A DNA stretch of 64,000 nucleotides from Gammaproteobacteria bacterium (lineage in GTDB: Bacteria > Pseudomonadota > Gammaproteobacteria > SZUA-229), in the NCBI GenBank assembly GCA_016744065.1, contig JADGFA010000020.1, positions 4,930-68,929 of the forward strand. The letters run 5' to 3'. Both the position numbers and the translations under genes were made by a program. Shown in pieces: positions 1 through 9,100 of this stretch. Every line of letters starts with the position of its first letter. Position 1 is the stretch's first letter. The notes under the pieces are model-generated. The model did no database searches, was not told where the DNA came from, and was given only the letters and a program-made list of their open reading frames with translations.

Positions 1-107
1 CGCAAAAAGCGAGTGTAAAGCATTGTCAGTATCCAGTTTAATGAGTAAGCCTGTTAGTAAAGCCCTGTTAACAGACAGGGCTTTACTATTGAGGTTAATC
101 GCCTTAT

Positions 108-767
108 TTATACTTTATTACGTGTGCGTGCGACACCTGCAAGGCCAAGCAGCCCAGAGCCAAATAACCAGACAGCGGCTGGAAGTGGAACGGCTGAAAC
201 AGCAGATGCTGATGCCTGGCCATCCCAGGTGGGTTCAAATGGGAATGGAAAACCTGACCATGACGGTGTACATTCAGGTGTACCATCATTACAACCCGCT
301 ATGGTACCGGCAAAGCCATTACCATCACCATCAGCAGTGACCATGGCCAGATTACCCATGCCATCATCGGTAATATCCCAGGTAATTTCCAGCCAGGCAC
401 GGGGGTTGCCAAACCCGGGGTTGTATACCTGGAAGTCGAGCAGGCCTGTGTAGGTGCCATCGCCATTATCGGTAAAATTAATAGCATCTGCATTATGCAG
501 TTCATAAGGAACACCGATAGTCAGTGCGTGCTGGCCAGGCTCAAAAGTTGCTGTGCCTGTATTAAAATCCCAGCTCCATATTTGCCTGTCAATGGCCTGT
601 CCCATAAAGACAGGTGTATTATCAGGGTTGCCGTCGGTGTGCGCCATTGCGATCATCTGGTAATCACCCGAATAAGTCCCGGTAATGCCCACTGTGCCCG
701 CATAAGGTGTTGTCATAAAGCCCAGTAAAGTTGCCGTTGTTACGGCTGTAAATCTATTTTTTATCAT
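108..767 (-). CDS. PEP-CTERM sorting-domain secreted protein (219 aa)
   Basis: N-terminal signal peptide (MIKNRFTAVTTATLLGFMTTPYAG). C-terminus VPLPAAVWLFGSGLLGLAGVARTRNKV is a (V)P(E/L)P motif + TM helix + basic tail, i.e. a PEP-CTERM/exosortase sorting signal. Confidence 0.7.
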   Translation of the reverse strand: MIKNRFTAVTTATLLGFMTTPYAGTVGITGTYSGDYQMIAMAHTDGNPDNTPVFMGQAIDRQIWSWDFNTGTATFEPGQHALTIGVPYELHNADAINFTDNGDGTYTGLLDFQVYNPGFGNPRAWLEITWDITDDGMGNLAMVTADGDGNGFAGTIAGCNDGTPECTPSWSGFPFPFEPTWDGQASASAVSAVPLPAAVWLFGSGLLGLAGVARTRNKV

Positions 768-1116
768 GTTAAAACCCCTTAACTCGTTAGTATCTAAACC
801 GGTTTTGAATGGTTTTTTAAAATCCGGCTAAAATATTTGCCTTAGCTTGAGGGGGGGCATAGCGGTTAAAGCTATGACACAGGCCAGACAAGGATTGTTC
901 TTTGGCTGGCTGGATGCAGAACTGCATGTGGCTACTCTGTATTCCTCTTAAATTAACAGGAAGTGAACCAAAGTCATTACATGCTAATGATTCTCATTTG
1001 CCTTGTCAATTGTATCGACGACAAATATAAGCATTAATTGATATATGTTAAACAATAATGATAATGATTCGTGTTAATGTGTATAAAAATCAGAATATAG
1101 AGTAAGGATTTGTAAA

Positions 1117-2121
1117 TTGTTAAAACTAATAAATATAAAACAATTAAAAATACGGCTGTTAGTGGTACTGTTTTTGAGTTGTTTACCGTTGGCATCGCAA
1201 GCAGAGAAACTTAAAAAACTGATTCTTTCAGGCCCATTTGCTGCCGTATCCGATCCGTTAATTCATATGGTTAATTCGGGCGCACTTAACGATATTGCAG
1301 AAGAAGTCACCTTTGTTACCTGGACTAATCCAGATCAGTTACGTGCAACGGTTATCGGTAATAAAGCCGATTTCATTGCCATTCCCAGTAATGTGGCAGC
1401 AAATTTATATAACCGGGGTGTTGATATAAAGCTGCTAAACATTTCTGTCTGGGGCGTGTTATGGATGGTATCTCGGGATGATAACCTGAAAACCCTGGCC
1501 GATTTTAAGGGTAAAGAAATTGCCATGCCATTTCGTGCCGACATGCCAGATATCGTATTTACCCAGTTAGCCAGAAAACAGGGACTTGATCCTAAAAAAG
1601 ATTTTAATTTAAGGTATGTATCCAGCCCACTGGATGCCATGCAACTGTTAATTATGCGCCGGGTGGATCATGCTTTATTAGCCGAGCCAGCTATTTCAAT
1701 GGCATTGCGCAAAACAAAGTCTTTTCCTGTCAATATTATTGCACCCGATTTATTTCGTAGTGTCGATTTACAAAAAGAATGGGGTAAGCTGTTTAACCGG
1801 GAATCACGCATGCCACAGGCAGGCATGGCAGCATTGAAAAATGTACTGCAAAAACCAGAGGTGATTAAGCGCTTTAATGAAGAGTATGAAAAATCACTGC
1901 AATGGTGTTTGAATAATCCTGTAGAAGCCGGCGTAATGGTTGCTGAGCGCATTGATATGTTAACACCCGAAGCAGTGACCGATGCGATAAAGCTAAGTCA
2001 GTTTAATTATGTAAACGCACAGGATGCAAAACAGGATCTGGAATTTTTTTATAGTCAGTTAATGGAAGATACACCGGCCGTTGTTGGTGGAAAATTACCT
2101 GACGACAAGTTTTATTTTTAA
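1117..2121 (+). CDS. ABC transporter substrate-binding protein, NMT1/SsuA/TauA-like (NitT/TauT family)
   Basis: Signal peptide (LLVVLFLSCLPLASQA). ~330 aa periplasmic binding protein architecture. Immediately followed by cognate permease and ATPase. Start is TTG at 1117 (non-ATG). Confidence 0.7.
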   Translation: MLKLINIKQLKIRLLVVLFLSCLPLASQAEKLKKLILSGPFAAVSDPLIHMVNSGALNDIAEEVTFVTWTNPDQLRATVIGNKADFIAIPSNVAANLYNRGVDIKLLNISVWGVLWMVSRDDNLKTLADFKGKEIAMPFRADMPDIVFTQLARKQGLDPKKDFNLRYVSSPLDAMQLLIMRRVDHALLAEPAISMALRKTKSFPVNIIAPDLFRSVDLQKEWGKLFNRESRMPQAGMAALKNVLQKPEVIKRFNEEYEKSLQWCLNNPVEAGVMVAERIDMLTPEAVTDAIKLSQFNYVNAQDAKQDLEFFYSQLMEDTPAVVGGKLPDDKFYF

Positions 2122-2144
2122 ACACGTATTTGCATTAATATTTA

Positions 2145-2930
2145 ATGAATTTATTACGCCTGTGGTTACGTGATTTACCCGCTTATTTATGGAGCGGGTG
2201 GGGGGCAATTTCCAGTTTATTTTTATTACTCGCTTTATGGCAGTGGGGTAACCAGGTGTATGGTGACCTGGTATTTCCAGCACCGCTTGATGCCTTTATC
2301 GTTTTAAAAAAACTGCTATTAACTGAACAGGCAAGAACTGAGTTACTAACCACCGGTTGGCGAGCATTTGCAGGATTCATTATTTCAATTATTATTGGCA
2401 GTGTACTGGGTATTACCGCAGGTTTATCCGTAACCGCATCCATAATGTCGCGTCCTATTGTAACCGTGCTGGTCGGTATGCCACCCATTGCCTGGATTGT
2501 GTTAGCCCTGCTATGGTTTGGTGCAACAGACATGACACCCATTTTTACCGTAACGGTTGCCTGCTTTCCAATTGTTTTTGTCGGCGCACTACAGGGTGCG
2601 CGTACTTTAGATGGTTCACTTAAAGATATGGCCCGTGCATTTAAATTACCGCCTTATATGATTTTTCTGGATGTATATTTACCACATATTATTTCTTACC
2701 TGTTTCCAGCCTGGATCAGTGCTCTGGGTATGTCATGGAAAATAGTTGTTATGGCAGAGCTGCTTGCGACCAGTGATGGTGTGGGGGCTGCACTGGCAGT
2801 GAGTCGTTCACATCTGGATACTTCCGCAACCATGGCATGGATTGTTGCCGTTGTCGGTTTATTATTAATCATTGAGTACCTGTTGCTGGAACCTGTAAAA
2901 CGACAAATTGAGCGTTGGCGTAATGAGTAA
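2145..2930 (+). CDS. ABC transporter permease (NitT/TauT family, SsuC/TauC-like)
   Basis: 261 aa with 6 predicted TM segments. Binding-protein-dependent transport inner-membrane component signature region (EAA-like loop ...AMAELLATSDGVGAAL...). Confidence 0.8.
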   Translation: MNLLRLWLRDLPAYLWSGWGAISSLFLLLALWQWGNQVYGDLVFPAPLDAFIVLKKLLLTEQARTELLTTGWRAFAGFIISIIIGSVLGITAGLSVTASIMSRPIVTVLVGMPPIAWIVLALLWFGATDMTPIFTVTVACFPIVFVGALQGARTLDGSLKDMARAFKLPPYMIFLDVYLPHIISYLFPAWISALGMSWKIVVMAELLATSDGVGAALAVSRSHLDTSATMAWIVAVVGLLLIIEYLLLEPVKRQIERWRNE

Positions 2931-2948
2931 TTTACAGGTTATTATATT

Positions 2949-3695
2949 TTGAAATTACTTAATGTTGAACAGGTATCACATTCCTTTGGAATAACAGAGG
3001 TTCTAAAAAAAGTTAACCTGAAAATTAAATCAGGGCAGGTTGTAGCTCTGGTTGGGCCATCGGGCTGTGGTAAAACAACGTTATTGCATTTGTGTGCCGG
3101 TTTATTAAATTTAACCAGTGGTCATATTTCCAGCAACTTTGAAAGCACAGCGTTTATGTTTCAGGAACCCCGGTTACTTCCCTGGAAAAATGCAATTGAC
3201 AATATTGCATTAGGGCTTAAAGCACGAAAAGTTGCAAAGAAAAAAATTAAGCTTATATCCACTGAAATTGGTTTAACAATGGGGCTGGCAACAGATGACC
3301 TTGAAAAATTCCCCCATGAGCTAAGTGGCGGCATGCAGCAACGGGTTGCACTGGCGAGAGCGCTGGTATTACAACCGGATTTATTATTACTGGATGAGCC
3401 GTTTTCAGCGCTGGATATTGGTTTGAAAACAGAGCTATACGGTCTGTTAATTGAACAGTTTATACAACGCAATGCCGCTGTTTTAATGATTACTCACGAT
3501 CTAATGGAAGCGGTTCGACTATCCGACTGTATTTTATTAATGGCGTCAAATCCAGGGCGAATTGTTAAAGAATTTTTTCTAGATAAAAGTATATCTGAAC
3601 GAGATGATAGTTGGGTTTACCAGACGACTGCCGAACTTATTCAAACTAAAGAAGTACGTAATAGTTTTGAGCTAACACCAGCAATTAGCACCTGA
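2949..3695 (+). CDS. ABC transporter ATP-binding protein
   Basis: Walker A GPSGCGKTT. ABC signature LSGGMQQRVALARAL. Walker B LLLLDEPFSALD. H-loop ITHD. Non-ATG (TTG) start. Confidence 0.85.
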   Translation: MKLLNVEQVSHSFGITEVLKKVNLKIKSGQVVALVGPSGCGKTTLLHLCAGLLNLTSGHISSNFESTAFMFQEPRLLPWKNAIDNIALGLKARKVAKKKIKLISTEIGLTMGLATDDLEKFPHELSGGMQQRVALARALVLQPDLLLLDEPFSALDIGLKTELYGLLIEQFIQRNAAVLMITHDLMEAVRLSDCILLMASNPGRIVKEFFLDKSISERDDSWVYQTTAELIQTKEVRNSFELTPAIST

Positions 3696-3699
3696 AAAT

Positions 3700-4905
3700 A
3701 TGAAATTGATTAATAACACATCGGCACTTTTTAGTTGCGGTTTTCGACCCTTTTTTTTACTCGCATCAATCTATGCCATTGTGTTAATTTTTTTCTGGGT
3801 ATTGTTCTGGAATGGTGTGATGATCTTGCCAGAAACCCTGGGCGGGCCTGTTGCATGGCATGTATATGAAATGCTTTATGGTTTTATGCTGGCGGTTATG
3901 CTGGGATTTATTAGCACAGCCATTTATGAGTTTGTGAGCTTTACAGGAATAAGTCGACAGCAACTTATGGCTCTGGTTTTATTATGGCTGCTGGGGCGTA
4001 TCAGTTTCTGGCTTTCTGGCATTGTGGGGCTTATTCCTGCTGCTGTATTTAATCTTACATTGCTCATGTATTTACTGGTTCTGTTAACACCGTCACTCTG
4101 GCGTGATCCCGGTCGCCCCCATATGAGTTTTATCTACACTTTTGTCGGGCTATTACTAATAGAGTGCGGGTTTTATTATAGTGCTTTAACCGGGCAAGCG
4201 GTGATGCCCTGGTTATATACCAGCATTGGTTTAAGCATGATTATGATTATTATAGCCATGAGCCGAATTTCCATGCGCGTTATTAATGGCATGGAAGAAG
4301 GTGTGCAATTATTTAAACAGGATGTAGAGTATCTGGCACGGCCACCCAGGCGTAAAATTGCTATTTTTACAATTGCACTTTTTAGCCTGGCAGAGCTAAT
4401 CATGCCGGGTAACTTAATTAATGGCTGGCTGGCACTGGCAGCAGCAGCCGCCATGCTTAATCTGTTAAATGACTGGCACATAGGTCGCCCATTATTTAAT
4501 CCCTGGGTGTTTAGCATGTATGCTGTGTACTGGTTAATGGCATCAGGGTATTTATTTATTGGCTTATCAATACTTTCAGATGTGCCAGAAATAAATGGTG
4601 CACGCCATTTATTGACCACCGGTGCAATGGGCCTGGCCATTTTTATTATTATGACGTTTTCAGGGCAGGTTCATACAGGTTATGGCGTAAATTACCGACC
4701 GTGGATTTTAATCAGTACACTGGCTATTTTAGTGGCAACACTTAGCCGGGTATTAATAGCCTGGCCAACAATGATGGAACACAGTGCATCTTTAATATTA
4801 ATTTCGAGTATTGCATGGATGCTTGCATTTAGTTTATTTATTATTTTTTTCTGGCGTCTGTTAACCGGCGCTGCGATTGATGGCAGGGAAGGCTGCCTGG
4901 ATTGA
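3700..4905 (+). CDS. nnrS: NnrS-family membrane protein
   Basis: 401 aa polytopic membrane protein. N-terminal ...LFSCGFRPFFLLASIYAIV... matches the characteristic FRPFFL start of NnrS (haem-copper protein of the NO stress response). ~12 TM helices. Confidence 0.6.
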   Translation: MKLINNTSALFSCGFRPFFLLASIYAIVLIFFWVLFWNGVMILPETLGGPVAWHVYEMLYGFMLAVMLGFISTAIYEFVSFTGISRQQLMALVLLWLLGRISFWLSGIVGLIPAAVFNLTLLMYLLVLLTPSLWRDPGRPHMSFIYTFVGLLLIECGFYYSALTGQAVMPWLYTSIGLSMIMIIIAMSRISMRVINGMEEGVQLFKQDVEYLARPPRRKIAIFTIALFSLAELIMPGNLINGWLALAAAAAMLNLLNDWHIGRPLFNPWVFSMYAVYWLMASGYLFIGLSILSDVPEINGARHLLTTGAMGLAIFIIMTFSGQVHTGYGVNYRPWILISTLAILVATLSRVLIAWPTMMEHSASLILISSIAWMLAFSLFIIFFWRLLTGAAIDGREGCLD

Positions 4906-4957
4906 GTTTTTCTAAAATGCAGCACACAGCTTATTGAGCATGTATTACGGAATAACA

Positions 4958-5235
4958 ATATTCTCTTCAGCCCTGAATATACGGTTATTCGGTGTCGTAA
5001 TAATCAGAGTAACTGAGTAGGTTCCACTCGCAGCATAGATGTGTTCAGGGTGAGCAATATTTTACATAATGGCTGAACCATCACCAAAGTCCCACTGTAA
5101 AATGCTTGCTGTTATCACCCGGCTATAATTATTAAAAGAAACCCGTGTGCCTGCTGGTGCGTTATTTGTTGCAATGTCAGCAAAAATTCTACGTCGATAT
5201 CGACCTGTTGCGCCTGGAACTTGATATTGTAATCC
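4958..5235 (-). pseudogene. Remnant of a PKD-domain protein gene (C-terminal fragment with an internal stop)
   Basis: Reverse-strand translation gives ...ATNNAPAGTRVSFNNYSRVITASILQWDFGDGSAIM*NIAHPEHIYAASGTYSVTLIITTPNNRIFRAEENIVIP*, a textbook PKD domain (WDFGDG...H.Y...G.Y.V.L) interrupted by TAA. No start codon or N-terminal part is present. Confidence 0.55.
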
Positions 5236-5480
5236 TCAAAATGAGTGATTTATCATGCCTTCCTGGCAAGTGTATTATCAATTTATAATATGATAGGGTG
5301 CTTCACACCTGATGTGGAAGTATATAAGAGGGAAGCGTTGATATTGTAATATCCCCTGGTTTGATGTCATGGCAGGCATAAATTTAACTATCAACATACC
5401 AAGAATTTGGTATTTATCCCATTTCAACTTCCTAATAGAATAGTTCCATAATAAATAAACTCAATATAGCTGCTATAGGT

Positions 5481-5984
5481 ATGTCTGGCCTGAAAAATAG
5501 AATGTTAAAAATGAAACTTACATCTTATCAAAACAGTATCCGTCTACTTGCTAGCCTTGCATTTCTTATGTTATCTGCCTGTGGCACACCGGGTGGCGTT
5601 ATTCACTCTGGAACACACACTCAAAAGCATATAAAAATTACCGGTGGAAGTACTTCCGGTCAGTTATCGATTGAAAGATTAGAGCTAACCGATCAAAGCG
5701 GTAGAAATAGCTTTAATGTAGTTAAGGGGAAAAAAATAACCCCTTTGGCAACAATTAAATTTTCTGGCCGAGGCGTATTAACTGGTCAATGGCTGGTTGA
5801 TGGAAAAATAATTGAACAGATAAATGTTAATTTAAGTCATGGTTCATTGCTAAATTTAAGGCTTAAACCGTCAACGCGAATACCTGCCTTTATACCGGGC
5901 TCCCATAAATTACAGTTGAAAATTAATCAGCCCGCAGTGAATTTTAAGTACCCTGTATTGAAATTCTTTGTAACAGCCAAATAA
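5481..5984 (+). CDS. Lipoprotein, paralogue of the N-terminal domain of the adjacent giant protein
   Basis: Lipobox LMLSAC. Residues ~55-167 align with giant-protein residues ~45-150: IERLELTDQSGRNSFNV / VERIELSFPNNRASQTVNL; GQWLVDGKIIEQ / VRWKVDGRVISQ; GSHKLQLKI / GSHVVTLEL; KYPVLKFFV / PTIKYFV. Confidence 0.6.
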   Translation: MSGLKNRMLKMKLTSYQNSIRLLASLAFLMLSACGTPGGVIHSGTHTQKHIKITGGSTSGQLSIERLELTDQSGRNSFNVVKGKKITPLATIKFSGRGVLTGQWLVDGKIIEQINVNLSHGSLLNLRLKPSTRIPAFIPGSHKLQLKINQPAVNFKYPVLKFFVTAK

Positions 5985-6128
5985 ACAAATTATGTACTTT
6001 TAGCGAAAGTTAAATATCTGGTGTATTTAATAGCCAGGATAGAGAGTGATCCAGAATCCGTCTGGCCTCGCTTAAAATGATATGAAATAAAATGTATTTT
6101 CAGGAAGATGAGAATAATTTAAAGAGGA

Positions 6129-9100
6129 ATGGTTTTGTTTGCAATAAATATAAGATTTATATTTTTATCTCTAGTTATAGGTCTTATACCTGCATATAGC
6201 TCCGCATCAATAGATATTAGCGTTGATGTAACCGGCACTGACAGGGGGGCATCTAGCGCCGCCAGCAAGGTTTTTGTAGAACGCATTGAACTTAGTTTCC
6301 CTAATAACCGCGCATCGCAAACGGTTAATTTAAACAGCAAAAAATTATATGCCAGAGCAAAATTTAAATACCTGGGTAATGGCCCATTAATTGTTCGCTG
6401 GAAGGTGGATGGTCGTGTTATTTCACAAAGCTCCGAAATTTTAACCTTTGGCAAAGAAGTTGAAATTCGTTCAGATAAAAATAAAACCTTTTTACCTACT
6501 TATCAACGTGGTTCCCATGTTGTTACTTTAGAGTTGCGTAATAGTAGTGGCTTAATTGATGTAACAGTACCCACTATCAAATACTTTGTAGCCGATGGTG
6601 TAGCGGGGCTGGAAACGGATACACCATTAAGGCTAATGTATCCTTCTGCAGCACAGGTCGATCCAGCCAAAGTTTATTTTCGTTGGCAGGGTCAGTCCTT
6701 ATTTAAAGCTTACTCTATTGAAGTGCAGCGCATAGCCAGCAAAACGGTCAGCGCAGCAACACTTATAAAGGCCATCAGTGATATTGATGTTTATTCCCCT
6801 ACAGATAAAACACGCTCAGAGTTTGTAGCCGCTGATTATCGTTGGCGGGTTAAGGGTATATATCAGGGTAAGAAATTAAAACCCTTAACATCTAAGTGGG
6901 CAAATTTTAGTGTGTCTAATGATGCATTATCTGGTGGCTTATTTATTCGACAGATTAGTGCAGAAACATCCATTTCTGATACAGGTTTATCTGCACAGTC
7001 TTTGCAGATAAAGCAGCAAATTATAAATAATTCACAGCGATTAATATCCCCTCAACATGTGGTTTCTCAGGGCAATATTACAGCGGGAAGTGGTTATCAA
7101 TTAAATATTGAGTTGCAGAACTCAGGCTTTATTGATGCGAATAATGCCGCAGTAGAAGTGCATGATCACTCAGGGTTAATAGGTCGATATCCAGTGACTG
7201 CAGCGGTTAATAATAATGTATCTGTTTTAATTTCGTTAGATGCAGATAGTAACAACCAGATCAGTTATGAAAATTTAAATATTATTTTATTAAATAATAA
7301 CCATGTTATAGATGAAGGTGCAATTAACTTAACCATCAGTCCTGAGTTACGTTTAGATGCACTAGATTTTGATGAAATAAATACTCAGCTAGGCGAAGTA
7401 GTTGCCATTGCTAACCCTTGTGGTAGTACATCTCCTGCGCATAATTTAGCTTTTAGTCGTATGGTTTCTGCACGATCACTACAATCTACACAATCTGTAT
7501 TAGACACGGGATCTTTTACCTTTGTAAAAAATCAGAATATAGAGTTCACAGCTTACTTAAAAGATAAAGGCCTGGGCAACTGGTTTGCATCATCACGCAA
7601 TAATTGCGGGATTTCACCCTTATCGCCTTTTGATCGTAGAGCATTAAACGATGAAATTGATGACTTACTGGCATTAGTTCAGCAATGTTATTCAGAGCAT
7701 ACAGGTAATAACCCTGATAAAAGCTGTAAGAACCAGATCAATGCATTAAGTGCAGCTCAGGAGCAACGTAATCAGGATGATATTTATAATGGTAATGCTT
7801 TTCATCTACAGTTTATTGCACATCCTTTAGACCAGTATGGCCAGCTATCAGGTGAGCCGATTGAAATCGGTCAGGTTACAGTTAATAAAAATAATGATGG
7901 TTTAGTAAAAAGTCCTTTCTGGAAAGTTCCTGAATCAGGTCAATATAAAATAACGTTAAATGACATTAGCGAACCGGTTGATTTGTTTGCAACCAATATC
8001 AATGGTCTGCCTAAATATATACATGCAGGTGGATTTGTTTTAGAGCTGGATCAAGTACATTCAAGCTCTGATATAACGAATATGAATCCGCGCCAGGCCA
8101 GTATTAATGGTGTGGCTTATACCCACTGGGCAGGTGATAGCTCACAACAAAGGTTATTACTGGATTTAGATAATGTATCCGTCACAATGCAGGCAAATCC
8201 GCTACATGGGGTTTTAAGTGGGGGTGAACTTAATTTAAAAGAAAACCAGTCAATTACATTGGCGTTAAAAGATGTATCCATGCAATTAAACCAGTTGCAA
8301 TTAAATATTAGCGGCGCAATAGCTGATCTGGCATATAAAATGCCGGGTTATAACCCCAGTATGTTTTCTAATATAACTTCATATTCGTTCACTAAAGGTG
8401 GAAAAGGTGAAGTAATACAAAATTCTATACCCAATAATGGCAACATTAAATTTCAGCAGTTGAAAATATTTAATGGCGGTGAATTTGTTGCACGTTATGA
8501 TTTTGACAATAGTTGGGCTGATACACGTTTAAATAATGATGATTTAGCACTTCGTTTAAAAGGTAGCACGCTAGTTATTGATGCCTCAAAGCATTTTAGT
8601 TTTACTGACTACACCAGTGAAGAAGAGTTTACTGGTATGGGATTTTATAATGCACTTGTACGGCTTAAAGTAAATAACTCAAATGGATTGTTTAGCTTAG
8701 TTGATGCAGAGCATGGGTTTATTTATGGCCGAGCTAACTGGTTAAATTATTCAGAAAACAATGTAAGTGGTGAAAATATTGAAGTGGTTTCAGCAGTGAA
8801 TGTTGCTGATTTTTTTAATCAGACAGTTGCTACTGAATTTGAGTTATTGCAGCCATTTGGCTTTAAGTTAAAAATAACAGGGGGTGTTTTTAGTCTTGAA
8901 GATTCACAGATTGGTGGACTAGACCTGTCCGGTTCAGTAAATTTACCTGGCAGTAATGATAGCGATGAGAATGCATTGTCCCATGTTATCTCTAATCATG
9001 AGTTTGTTTTTCAGCACTTGCATCGTCGAGCTTCAGCTACCGGTGTGAATTTGTTTAGTACTGAATTAGTCGATGATTCATCAATCAATTTCTCAGTTGG

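Noticed and set aside
23-728. Plus-strand ORFs (23-340, 124-453, 495-728) and a 71-aa minus ORF overlapping the PEP-CTERM gene
   Set aside because: They lie entirely antisense to or out of frame within a well-supported 219-aa gene with signal peptide and sorting tag. Low-complexity translations, no RBS.
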